Position numbers and translations under genes: made by a program. The notes under the pieces are model-generated. The model saw only the letters and a program-made list of their open reading frames with translations, was not told the DNA's origin and did no database searches. Source: a virus (lineage: Duplodnaviria > Caudoviricetes). From it: 34,506 nt of DNA. The stretch lies in the IMG/VR virus record IMGVR_UViG_3300011437_000018, positions 1 to 34,506 of that record, one strand, 5' to 3'. Each line of letters starts with the position of its first letter. Positions within the stretch are counted from its first letter, which is position 1. Shown piece after piece: positions 24,224 to 33,301 of the stretch.

Positions 24224-24871
24224 CTACCAGACCACTCCCGTTGCGATGATCTTATTTAAGAACATGGTTGGTTGCATAATATCCTGCGAAGAGCTGAGAG
24301 AGCTGCTTGTGGCAGTGGGGTTTGATCCAAGCATGAATTTTCCTGAACCGTTGTCCGTGATGTTTCCTGTACCCGGCACTGTGTGGGTGTGCGCAATGTT
24401 AATGGTTTCAGCTCCAGCCGATCCACCAACCTTTTCACTTTGCGTGTCATTGGCAACGATGCGTCCAGCATCCGAACCTCCCATATCGTCATTGGCTACT
24501 GCTGTTCGTCCTCGAAAATCAGGGACGGCGAGACGTTTATTTGCTGCAAAGTCTGCTGCTGCATTTGCTCCAAATGTGCTCCCTGCTCCAGCACTATCAA
24601 AAATAGCCAGTGTTCCATCCGTATTTCCTACAGACCACAGAAGAGAAAACAGTGTTTCCATGTCTGCATTTGCCCTAAGAGTGCCACCACTAGATCCGTT
24701 TCCAATTGTTCCACCCGTACAGAGTAACCAACCATTCGGCACATCCGCTTCAAGACCAAAGAAATCCTGAATCATTCCTGCGAAGAATCCACGGTTAATG
24801 GCTTTGGCAATCGTGACTACTTGTGAAGCAAGCAATTGATCGCCAGCGGTATAGGATTCAGATACGGGCAT
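24224..24871 (-). CDS. Tail collar domain / short fibre protein
   Basis: AGMIQDFFG..VPNGWLLC.G, VPDFRGR, MQPTMFLNKII. Confidence 0.85.
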   Translation of the reverse strand: MPVSESYTAGDQLLASQVVTIAKAINRGFFAGMIQDFFGLEADVPNGWLLCTGGTIGNGSSGGTLRANADMETLFSLLWSVGNTDGTLAIFDSAGAGSTFGANAAADFAANKRLAVPDFRGRTAVANDDMGGSDAGRIVANDTQSEKVGGSAGAETINIAHTHTVPGTGNITDNGSGKFMLGSNPTATSSSLSSSQDIMQPTMFLNKIIATGVVW

Positions 24872-25344
24872 TACGCATCAGAGAAAGTAATACGCCAATC
24901 AATAAAGACGCTATCCAAAGCCGTAACTGCGAAATCATCATTTACGCGAGCAAGTAGACTTCCACTGTTTGCAGAACCCGTTCCATCAATGAATAGCCCA
25001 AGCTCTTTGATCGTGGATGTGGGTACTTCTCCTGCGTTGAATGTGGTGGATATAGCTGCAACAGCACCGCTATTGATTCGGCTCGTGACTGTCTTACGCG
25101 CATTCTCTGTTTGGAGTTGCGTGTTTCCAGCAGCAGGGGCATTTGTTCCTGTTCCCACCGCAACGTAATTCACGAGACAGCCGCTATCCGGCGTTGCATC
25201 GGAAATGCGATTAGCCAGCAAGGTAAGGCCAACCGTCACTACAAGATTCTTCTTTCGTGATTCATGTTTGACCTCTCCATTTTCGCCAATAACTTTCACG
25301 TGCACTTCACCCGTCATGCGAATAGATCCTGTGGGAGATTCCAT
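24871..25344 (-). CDS. Tail protein (start refined to MESP)
   Basis: KNLVVTVG, YVAVGTG...T.L..E..RK, IKELGLF; TATGAT-N7-ATG. Confidence 0.75.
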   Translation of the reverse strand: MESPTGSIRMTGEVHVKVIGENGEVKHESRKKNLVVTVGLTLLANRISDATPDSGCLVNYVAVGTGTNAPAAGNTQLQTENARKTVTSRINSGAVAAISTTFNAGEVPTSTIKELGLFIDGTGSANSGSLLARVNDDFAVTALDSVFIDWRITFSDA

Positions 25345-25362
25345 GTTTGCAATCATACAATA

Positions 25363-26826
25363 TTAGCCTAGAGGACTTCCATTTAAAATGAAAACACGCT
25401 TGGTATCTGCGTAGGAGGAAGGGAAATACACACCAAGCACGTACATCTCACCAAAATTCATTTCAGAATTAGAATCGTCACCTACCCCTACGCCATCCAT
25501 TTGTTGATTGATGTCTGTTCCGGCAATGACCGTCTCAGATAACTCAATCATGTCTTCCACATCGTGCAACGTCTCCAATGTTTCCCCATCAATCAACTGC
25601 ACCTTGCGTGATGCGTATAGTTCTCGCATGAATTCCTCAAAGCCAAAGAGCACTGTGGCAAAACTGACATTGTGCCTCCAATGGCTCCCTGCGATGCTCC
25701 TACTGGTAATTTTCTGGATTACTGCACTCCCGCTGAAGTTCCCCTTCGTGATAGGGATAATCTGACCTGGCTTAAATAAGTCTTCCGCAGTCATAAATGA
25801 TCCATTGATGATGCGCGAGCTGTATTTCTCCAAGTTTTGCCTACCCATCTCATACGCGAGTGCGCGAGAATCAATGCTGCTGTCTTGAATAACTCTCTTG
25901 AATTCCCCGTTTGTCTCAGGGAAAAGAATCATCATTTCCGCAATACTCGCTAGATTCTTCGTTTGCACTCTGATAGGTACATCGTACTTGTAGCGCACCT
26001 CAAAAACGTCACCATTTGCCACTACAGCGTGTGTACCGTTCTCAATGTACTTTTCATTGAAATTCACCTGAAACTCAGCAGTGGGCACTTGTTCGCCAAA
26101 TTTGATGCCCACTGTTTTAGGAGTGCCATCGACAAATACGGAAACATCATGTGGCTTCTCTGGCAATACGAATTGCGTTTTCTCACCGTCCGCAACCTCC
26201 GTATAAATGATCTCTTCTGAGAGATACGTGCCACCGCGCACGATTACCACATTCACCAAGTTGGAGATGTCAATTTTGATATTCAATCCTTTCCAAAAGT
26301 CTCCCGTATTGGTGATGCTCGATGTGGCGTTTTCTGCATCGTTGGCAACGAAATGCACAACCTTGTAAGAATCTATATGCCACCTATAGCCAATAGCATC
26401 AGCAATGCGCTGGATTCCTTCGCTTGGAGTGACGTAGTTATACAGCACTTTCTCAATCACAATCCCATCCTCCACGCCATCCGTGGTAAAACCCGGACAG
26501 TAGGTATCCACAATGTCGCGCACAATATCCCCTGCAAGTTCTGCCTCATAAGTTTCCGCAACCCTATCCCGATCAAAGAGCTTTCTGTATCCCTGAGTGC
26601 TCGCCTTGTAGACCGTGATATTGTCCGAAAAATCAATTTCCGGTGCATCGAGGATTCCCGCAAAGAGATACACGCCATAGTCATTCTCTACAAAAATCTC
26701 ATCCCATTCTTGAATTTCATCTCTCGTTACAAATCCACATTGTGTGTTCCTATTGTTGTTGCTCATCGAAATCGTCAGCGTTCCGTTGTCAGAGTATATC
26801 CGCTCGATGTCGTATATTCCGATCAT
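25363..26826 (-). CDS. Tail tip / hub protein (start refined to MIGIYD)
   Basis: Follows TMP; IQRIADAIGYRWHID, NVVIVRGG, FKPGQII; TATAGT-N6-ATG. Confidence 0.75.
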   Translation of the reverse strand: MIGIYDIERIYSDNGTLTISMSNNNRNTQCGFVTRDEIQEWDEIFVENDYGVYLFAGILDAPEIDFSDNITVYKASTQGYRKLFDRDRVAETYEAELAGDIVRDIVDTYCPGFTTDGVEDGIVIEKVLYNYVTPSEGIQRIADAIGYRWHIDSYKVVHFVANDAENATSSITNTGDFWKGLNIKIDISNLVNVVIVRGGTYLSEEIIYTEVADGEKTQFVLPEKPHDVSVFVDGTPKTVGIKFGEQVPTAEFQVNFNEKYIENGTHAVVANGDVFEVRYKYDVPIRVQTKNLASIAEMMILFPETNGEFKRVIQDSSIDSRALAYEMGRQNLEKYSSRIINGSFMTAEDLFKPGQIIPITKGNFSGSAVIQKITSRSIAGSHWRHNVSFATVLFGFEEFMRELYASRKVQLIDGETLETLHDVEDMIELSETVIAGTDINQQMDGVGVGDDSNSEMNFGEMYVLGVYFPSSYADTKRVFILNGSPLG

Positions 26827-26833
26827 AGAGAAA

Positions 26834-28549
26834 CTATAGCCCGAGACGTGGCTGTACACGAGTCACCGCAGCATCCAGCAATTCGGTTGCAGCTTCTACA
26901 GAAGAAATGATGCTGTCATGCAGGTGAATATGTACACCTCCCATGCCGCTCATCTTAGACAGAGGAACTACGGCTTCCGGCTCTCTTCCTTCGCCAATCA
27001 TTGCCAATGTTGGTCTTGTGACAATGCCACCCTGCGCAAGATTCGGGATGCTTGGAATATCTAGATTTCTTATACCAATTGCCTTTCCGAGAACGCCAGC
27101 AACAGGGCGCAATGATCCTAAGAAACTATTCATTTTATTGATAATCCAATTGATTGCATCTGTGAAAACATTTTTTATCCCATCCCAAACGCCTGATGTA
27201 ATCCCTTTCATTCCATCCATCATTCCCTTCCATACATCACTGATAATCGTAGAGCCACTCGTGAAAATAAGTTTCAGCCCATCCCAAAACTTCTGCCCCC
27301 ACGTTCCAATGATCGTGAACACTGAAATTGCCCAATCTTTTATTGCAGTCCATGCCCCCTGCCAATCTCCTCTAAGAAGAGCTACGCCAACTTGGAATAG
27401 CATCTTTAATGTTTCCCACCAAATCGTAAAATAGGCAACAATGAAATCAAAGGCTGTCGTGACGATAGTTTGAATCGCCATCCAATCACTCTCCCACCAA
27501 AACTTGAAGACGGTGATTGCATCCCTAATAAATTGAAACACTGCCGCCGTTTTATCTTGAATGCCCAGAAAGTTCGTTTGCCATGCCAGAAACAATAATC
27601 CAGCAAGGGCAATCAGCGCAAGAATAGGCGCACCAATAAAACTGATCGCAGCACCAATAGCCGTAAATCCAGCAACCAATGCAGGAATAAATGTCACGAG
27701 GAGTAGTAATGGAGCTATGAGAAGTGCAGCAGCAGTACCAAAGAGCACCACCTTAGCGATGATGCTTATTGTTGCAGGGGAAAGAGATTCAAACCACGCA
27801 AGCACCCGTTCTCCAATCACCATCAATTGCTCCAATATCGGTATCAGAGCGTCACCTAACCGCTCTTTCATGTTTCCTATTCGATTTGCTGCGGCTTCTG
27901 TTTTTCCTGCAAAGGTATCCATGAATGCAGCAGCTTGCCCACCAACCTTTTCATGCAGTTGCCCAAGAGCCTCCAATGGTGTTGCCGTCTCTTTAATATC
28001 AATGTCGTATGCCTTGAGAACCTTCCCATTTCCTGAGAGCACTTGCCCCACAAGCGTAGAAGCAGTGGCAAGATCAATGCTCTTTGCTCGTGCAAGATCC
28101 TGAGCCAAACCTAGAAGTTTTGTTGATTCCGTTACATCCTTTGTTCTCTGAAAGAACGTACCAAGCGCAACCGCAGCATCCTCATCATCAAATCCCATCT
28201 GTACCGCACCCGCAGCAGCAGCAAGTAATGCATCCTTTGCAGCTAATCCCTCTTTCCCCATGGTTTTGAGTGTTGCATTGAATTTCGCCATAGATACCTG
28301 TGCACCACTTGCTGCCCCTGTCCAATCACGCAGCATCAATACTCCTGCTGCACCAATGGCTCCAAATGCCAAAGACGCTTTTTGCAATTGTGGTGTCATA
28401 TCTTTTATTTTTCCATTCATGCTATCCACTCCATTCTTCACCTTGTCTGCCATCGTTTGTGCTGCATCTTTTGCCTTGTTCAATCCAGATTGAAATTCCG
28501 TAATATCGGCTTTTATCTTCGCAATGACGGAACCAGCATCAAAGGCCAT
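26834..28549 (-). CDS. Tail tape measure protein (start refined to MAFDAG)
   Basis: Helical Ala-rich, TM segment, W/F 11-residue periodicity, LAQGGIVTRPTLAMIGEG.EPEAVVPL. Confidence 0.92.
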   Translation of the reverse strand: MAFDAGSVIAKIKADITEFQSGLNKAKDAAQTMADKVKNGVDSMNGKIKDMTPQLQKASLAFGAIGAAGVLMLRDWTGAASGAQVSMAKFNATLKTMGKEGLAAKDALLAAAAGAVQMGFDDEDAAVALGTFFQRTKDVTESTKLLGLAQDLARAKSIDLATASTLVGQVLSGNGKVLKAYDIDIKETATPLEALGQLHEKVGGQAAAFMDTFAGKTEAAANRIGNMKERLGDALIPILEQLMVIGERVLAWFESLSPATISIIAKVVLFGTAAALLIAPLLLLVTFIPALVAGFTAIGAAISFIGAPILALIALAGLLFLAWQTNFLGIQDKTAAVFQFIRDAITVFKFWWESDWMAIQTIVTTAFDFIVAYFTIWWETLKMLFQVGVALLRGDWQGAWTAIKDWAISVFTIIGTWGQKFWDGLKLIFTSGSTIISDVWKGMMDGMKGITSGVWDGIKNVFTDAINWIINKMNSFLGSLRPVAGVLGKAIGIRNLDIPSIPNLAQGGIVTRPTLAMIGEGREPEAVVPLSKMSGMGGVHIHLHDSIISSVEAATELLDAAVTRVQPRLGL

Positions 28550-28556
28550 GCGCTCA

Positions 28557-28922
28557 TCATACACGCTGCATTATCCTCTGCGCTATTTCCATCTCTTTAG
28601 CGATAGTCTCAGGGGTAACGTCCTTGTATTTCTGATCTTGTACTTCATGTTTGAGATTGATGGAATTGATAATGCTCGCACCACCGTCTTTCATCATGGG
28701 AACACGTGCAGCATGAATGAGCTGCAACATGCGTCTGTCCTCAGTGATCTCTCGCCTTCGTGCTATCCAATCATTCAAAATCTCCATCTCTCTTGGATAG
28801 AGATTCAGTATTTGCTCTTTTGACCAACCGTACTCACTGCCAAGATTATCCATTGCAGCTTGCAGCCAATCATTTCTTAGCTGTTCTTTGAGCTTGGAAG
28901 GAACGTCTGCAACTCCTCCCAC
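28557..28922 (-). CDS. Tail assembly chaperone T segment (probably by -1 frameshift)
   Basis: Overlaps the TAC in the -1 frame; YGWSKEQILNL motif. Confidence 0.7.
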   Translation of the reverse strand: MGGVADVPSKLKEQLRNDWLQAAMDNLGSEYGWSKEQILNLYPREMEILNDWIARRREITEDRRMLQLIHAARVPMMKDGGASIINSINLKHEVQDQKYKDVTPETIAKEMEIAQRIMQRV

Positions 28923-29257
28923 ACTCCTAAAAAATCGTTGATCTCAAACATCGCTTTGAAACATTTCACGGCAGTTTTCAAATCCATTTCCTCATCCAAT
29001 TCGTTTATGTCTTTTCTCGTAGCTATAGCCAAAATAGACAAAGCCTCTGGCAATGCAGAAGCAAGAATATGTGGCAGTTCTTTGAGAACGAGTTTTGCAT
29101 CAATCTTTCCCACCTCAACACCCTCAACACCCGCAAGTAACTCAGGGATCTTTTGGAGCTTATCGAGCACAAGGGCATATTCACTTAATTTGAGCTTGTA
29201 CACTGTAAAACCATCCACATGAATTTCTTTTGGTAATGACGCGGAAACATTGCTCAT
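28877..29257 (-). CDS. Tail assembly chaperone G
   Basis: Between tail tube and TMP; T TTT TTA slippery heptamer at 28934-28928. Confidence 0.8.
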   Translation of the reverse strand: MSNVSASLPKEIHVDGFTVYKLKLSEYALVLDKLQKIPELLAGVEGVEVGKIDAKLVLKELPHILASALPEALSILAIATRKDINELDEEMDLKTAVKCFKAMFEINDFLGVWEELQTFLPSSKNS

Positions 29258-29298
29258 AAGTGCAGAGAAAGGATATATATGCGCACTCTACACAAAGA

Positions 29299-29334
29299 GA
29301 CACATGGAAGCCACGCCAAGTAACAACCATGTGT
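29299..29334 (-). terminator. Hairpin after the tail tube genes
   Basis: GACACATGG...CCATGTGTC followed by TCTTTG. Confidence 0.55.
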
Positions 29335-29350
29335 CCGGTATCAGAATACC

Positions 29351-29851
29351 TTACGTGGGTGTACCAAATCTTGCGAGCATTTGACCTTCTGCCTTGCTCG
29401 TATCTGCAAGACCGATCCATGACACTTCATAGGTCGTCTCTTCCTCTAGTTTGAATGGTAACTTGCTCTCTCCCATGAGTACGGCTTTCCACACAGTCAC
29501 ATCCAATGCCGTCCCTGTGACACCGTGAGGGTGCAAGGTGAGTGTTGCACCTGCAAGAGCTGTTCCACCATCCTTTCCAATAGCAACAGCGTCACCGCTC
29601 AATGCATCGACAGCACCATTGATCACTTTAAGAAGAATGGCATAGGAATACTCAGAGAGTGTGGTCTTTATCTCAATCCTCGTTCCTCCGTTATTGGCTT
29701 TCACTGGAGAAGTCCCATACTCATCAACCGTCACCTCATTCACTGCGCTCGTGACCTTTACCTCGACACCGCCTTTGGTATGACCAAGGGCTTGCGAGTT
29801 ATAGGTAATGTCGCATTGACCAAGCCGAATGTTTGCAACGTTTTGAGCCAT
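29351..29851 (-). CDS. Major tail tube protein, copy 2
   Basis: NIRLGQCDITYN..LGHTKGGVEV...VDEYG..PV. Confidence 0.85.
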   Translation of the reverse strand: MAQNVANIRLGQCDITYNSQALGHTKGGVEVKVTSAVNEVTVDEYGTSPVKANNGGTRIEIKTTLSEYSYAILLKVINGAVDALSGDAVAIGKDGGTALAGATLTLHPHGVTGTALDVTVWKAVLMGESKLPFKLEEETTYEVSWIGLADTSKAEGQMLARFGTPT

Positions 29852-29857
29852 AGGGTT

Positions 29858-30370
29858 TTATGGATAGGCAGTACCGAATTGGATAAGTCCTCCATTTCCA
29901 TCTACATCCTGATCATCTTCGGATACGAGAGCCAAGAACGTAACCTCGTAGGTTGTTTCCTCATCCACCTTAAAGGCCAAGGTCTTATCTCCCAAAGGAA
30001 TTGCCTTGAAGATCAAAATATCTAATCCTGTATCAGCGGCAGAAACAGGGTGAAGCAAAAGAGCTGCGCCATCTAAGATTGCGCCAGCGGAACCACCAAC
30101 ACCAAGAGCAAAGACCGTTGCACCAAGTTTATCCGAACCATTAATAACCGCCTCTAAAATGGTGTATTCGTATTCAGAAAGAGTAACCGTTACCTCCACA
30201 CGATTTCCTGTGTGATACGCCTTCACGGGCATAATACCGAATTTATCCACAGTCACCTCAGCAATATCATTGGAAATACTCACTTCGCAACCACCCTTCG
30301 TATGGCCAAGATCAATGCTGTTATATGTCACTTCGCATTGACCAAGTTGGATATTCGCAATTGAAGGCAT
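29858..30370 (-). CDS. Major tail tube protein, copy 1 (paralogue)
   Basis: NIQLGQCEVTYN..LGHTKGGCEV; colinear with 29351-29851. Confidence 0.85.
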   Translation of the reverse strand: MPSIANIQLGQCEVTYNSIDLGHTKGGCEVSISNDIAEVTVDKFGIMPVKAYHTGNRVEVTVTLSEYEYTILEAVINGSDKLGATVFALGVGGSAGAILDGAALLLHPVSAADTGLDILIFKAIPLGDKTLAFKVDEETTYEVTFLALVSEDDQDVDGNGGLIQFGTAYP

Positions 30371-30412
30371 GAGCGAATCATACTACCTGCCCACTTCCAT
30401 ACGCAAATCCAA

Positions 30413-30814
30413 TCATTGACCGTCCACACCGCGTATCTTGAACATCACATTGAATACCCAGAGCCAGCGTTTTTTTTCTGGATCTAAACCAATATTCTGA
30501 GGAGTAGCTACTGCGCGTGAATACATCGCATCACGTGATCCAATATCAATATTCTGCTTTCTATTCAGCAAATGGTACGCATCCCAAATCTGCTGCACAG
30601 CTTTTGCATGAGCATTGCTACCTCCACTCGCTCCATAATATGCAACTTGCACAGAAGGATGATCTAAAGCGTAATACTGCTCAGGTGCAGCACCGCCCGT
30701 ATCTGTAATCAGAAAGAAGCTGTTTTTATTCACAGGGGGGTTATTAACAAAGATGTCTCGCCCAACATTTCCCATCCCATTATCAGAGAGATACTCCGCA
30801 ACGTCATCTGCCAT
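30413..30814 (-). CDS. Tail terminator (start refined to MADDV)
   Basis: YL...G.G.VG.DIF...P, DTGG..P, PSVQV, IGLD..KR; TACGAT-N6-ATG. Confidence 0.75.
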   Translation of the reverse strand: MADDVAEYLSDNGMGNVGRDIFVNNPPVNKNSFFLITDTGGAAPEQYYALDHPSVQVAYYGASGGSNAHAKAVQQIWDAYHLLNRKQNIDIGSRDAMYSRAVATPQNIGLDPEKKRWLWVFNVMFKIRGVDGQ

Positions 30815-30827
30815 TGATGGATCGTAA

Positions 30828-31241
30828 TTAACCATTGAGTGCATCAGTGAAATTGTCGCTTAGGATCTTACCGTACTTCTGCGCATTTTCCTTTGCGGGA
30901 GTTTCTAAATACTTCTGCTGCCTGTGTTGCCCACCAACAGTATTCGTCTGTTTGATGTGCAGTGTCATATCCTCATGCAGTCTCGCAGCATAGGGCATGT
31001 TGTAACCTACCGTCACTTCGGGGTTTCCCGATCCATCATCAACAGGCAATTGCGTACTGGCACTTCCTGCAAGACCTCCTGCAAATCCCTTGTCGAATGG
31101 CACAATCATTACGCTGTCTGCGCGTAGCTGCTCTCCCGCAAGAAATAAGCCTTTCATCATGGCCTCAATCACTGCCTTCCCTAGCTCATCAAATCCTTTG
31201 TTCATTCCCGAAAAATCAAAATCAATACTGAACTTATCCAT
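30828..31241 (-). CDS. HK97 gp10-like neck/tail completion protein
   Basis: VPFDKG..L..S, VGYNMPYAARLHE, KYLE. Confidence 0.8.
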   Translation of the reverse strand: MDKFSIDFDFSGMNKGFDELGKAVIEAMMKGLFLAGEQLRADSVMIVPFDKGFAGGLAGSASTQLPVDDGSGNPEVTVGYNMPYAARLHEDMTLHIKQTNTVGGQHRQQKYLETPAKENAQKYGKILSDNFTDALNG

Positions 31242-31243
31242 AG

Positions 31244-31684
31244 CTACAGCGTAGCGGGACTCTGTGTATCCGGTAAGGTGATACTCCCTGTTATGCGCCT
31301 ATATCCCTTGAGAAGATGTTTTGCACGTGGAGACAGGGATTGCTCCGTTGGCTTTGCATCTGACTCAATCCCGTGATCAATGTCGGGCATGTTGAGATGC
31401 ATGAACTCCACTTGCGCAATCGTGGCAAGCATCACTGCATCAGGAATGTGACCGTCCCCAAACGATTGCACGTCCTCTATGCGTGGGAATAATCGTACCT
31501 GCGTAATACCATCTCCTCTCTGCCAATATCCTGCGTAGCTATCTATGTACACCTCCGCTTGTACGATTCTTAGAGATAGTTCGTAATCTCCCAACTCAAT
31601 AATATCCGTATTCTGTGAATACGCTCTCACATCAGCAGCAGTGCAATAGGTTGTTGTTAAAGGTGTGGGTGGATCGTTGGTCAT
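31244..31684 (-). CDS. Head-tail adaptor (start refined to MTNDP)
   Basis: YCTAADVRAY...AE.YID.Y, Q.RLFPR, IP..V..AT..Q, LSPRA..LL; TAGCAT-N6-ATG. Confidence 0.75.
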   Translation of the reverse strand: MTNDPPTPLTTTYCTAADVRAYSQNTDIIELGDYELSLRIVQAEVYIDSYAGYWQRGDGITQVRLFPRIEDVQSFGDGHIPDAVMLATIAQVEFMHLNMPDIDHGIESDAKPTEQSLSPRAKHLLKGYRRITGSITLPDTQSPATL

Positions 31685-31705
31685 AGACAAATGCTACTGC
31701 CAACG

Positions 31706-31732
31706 CAAAACGCAGTCCACTTGGAACTGCGT
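31706..31732 (-). terminator. Hairpin terminator
   Basis: ACGCAGT-TCCAAGTGG-ACTGCGT-TTTG. Confidence 0.55.
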
Positions 31733-31784
31733 CGTGCGCTTCTTAACTCTCTAATACTTCGGTTCACCCCGTTGTTGAAACCTA

Positions 31785-32282
31785 CTACTTCGTTTCCTGA
31801 GGAACAATGTCGAAAAGTTCAATATATAGTTTCTTCTCATCTTCGTTCAATTCAATGTACTTCGCAAAGTTACCTTCTGCTTCACGCACCTTCGCTTCCA
31901 TTTCAGCTTCCTTCTGTGCATTGCTCTTGCGTCCACGAGTTTCCTTTTTTGCAGCATTCTTTTGATCCGATGCGTGTGCTTTGTTTGCGGACATATTCGC
32001 AGCCACAGCCATCAAACCAGCAGCCTCAGTAGCCTCAGTTACTTTCTCTGCCTCTTCCTGATCTGCTTCCAACTGGTCATTATATTCCTTTTCCTCAGCA
32101 GCCGTTGCCTCTGTCCATCCCTTCTCATGCTCTGCTTTGAGAATAGGAATAGTCCTACCGTTCTGATCAGTTTTTGGCTTTCCATCAGCCTTGAGAGCTA
32201 CAGGATGCTCATTGAGCAAATACGCTTTTCTCTCTGCATCAACAGCAACGATCACTCCTTTTTTGTTCTTGATTAATGGCAT
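31785..32282 (-). CDS. Head-associated charged low-complexity protein
   Basis: Directly after MCP; E/A/K-rich; TTCCCC leader. Confidence 0.7.
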   Translation of the reverse strand: MPLIKNKKGVIVAVDAERKAYLLNEHPVALKADGKPKTDQNGRTIPILKAEHEKGWTEATAAEEKEYNDQLEADQEEAEKVTEATEAAGLMAVAANMSANKAHASDQKNAAKKETRGRKSNAQKEAEMEAKVREAEGNFAKYIELNEDEKKLYIELFDIVPQETK

Positions 32283-32297
32283 AAAAATTGGGGAAGT

Positions 32298-32333
32298 AAA
32301 AAGAAAGACGTACTTTCATGGTACGTCTTTCTT
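32298..32333 (-). terminator. Terminator after the major capsid gene
   Basis: 13-bp perfect stem AAGAAAGACGTAC/GTACGTCTTTCTT. Confidence 0.8.
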
Positions 32334-32353
32334 CATTTTTAATCAAAGTTCTA

Positions 32354-33247
32354 TTAGCTCTTCACGTGGATGCCGAATGCATCACGCATTTCAGCGAAGC
32401 CGTAGAGAATATCTACGGTGCACTGCACTCCGAGGCGAGCAGCGTTGTACGAGAGAACGGCGCGAATGGAAAGACCACTTTCCGGGTCATTGACCACAGA
32501 AGCGACAGCACCCATTCCTGAAGGAATGTTGCTTTCCAAAGGACGCACAACAAGTGCAATTGCATCCCTGTGGAATGCAAGCGAGCTTGTTTGGTTCGTG
32601 TCATGGAGTGGCACAGCCTGAGATTCCATAACATCGAAGCCCATATAGCGGCCAATGATTCCTTCCTCCAAGCGCGTCTTATCACCTCCCGTGTTTGCCG
32701 CTGCAAGGAATTGACTATCTGCTGCAAGCAATGCGCTCACATCCTTGGTAGCAAGAACGAGTGTGCGTCCTTCACGTGGAGCCTTGCCATCTGTCAGTTT
32801 CTTGCGAGCAAGACGCACAACAGCAGCAGTGATGTCCGTGTTGTACGTACCAACGTCCTGAGAGAACGTTGCGTAGAGGCCAAATAGGTCATCTTCAATC
32901 TTCTCAGCAAGCGCAATCATTGCACTGCCCATGTATGCCTGTAGAAGATCATTGCGAGAAAGAGCCTTATCAATATCTTCGATGATGAACGTTGCCTCTT
33001 TGTGCTTGTTCAGCGTCACAGAGACAGAGGAGCTTGTAGCATCCTGCACGGTCACATCAGTAGCAGCCGTCTTATCGTTAGCACTCAAGCTACCGATAGT
33101 CGGGACTAGAACTACTTTTCCATACTGTCCGACTTCTGAATCGAAGTCGCGGCGCACACGTTTCACAAGAACAAGGTTCTTGCGTAGCTGCGTCAGCACC
33201 TCCATAGACACAATAGTGGCTTGGTGTGCGGTTAAAGTGTTTGCCAT
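32354..33247 (-). CDS. Major capsid protein (P22 coat-like HK97 fold)
   Basis: G..V.VP.IG, VTLNKHK, ALAEKIE, G.IGRYMGFDVMES, AFHRDAIAL, DILYG. Confidence 0.92.
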   Translation of the reverse strand: MANTLTAHQATIVSMEVLTQLRKNLVLVKRVRRDFDSEVGQYGKVVLVPTIGSLSANDKTAATDVTVQDATSSSVSVTLNKHKEATFIIEDIDKALSRNDLLQAYMGSAMIALAEKIEDDLFGLYATFSQDVGTYNTDITAAVVRLARKKLTDGKAPREGRTLVLATKDVSALLAADSQFLAAANTGGDKTRLEEGIIGRYMGFDVMESQAVPLHDTNQTSSLAFHRDAIALVVRPLESNIPSGMGAVASVVNDPESGLSIRAVLSYNAARLGVQCTVDILYGFAEMRDAFGIHVKS

Positions 33248-33266
33248 GGTGATTCAAGTGGTGAGA

Positions 33267-33290
33267 GGGCATATAGCTGCCCCGAAAGCT
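33267..33290 (-). promoter_or_regulatory. Mini-pseudoknot in MCP leader
   Basis: AGCT-TTCG-GGGC-AGCT-ATAT-GCCC. Confidence 0.45.
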
Positions 33291-33301
33291 GGCGTGGGTT
33301 A

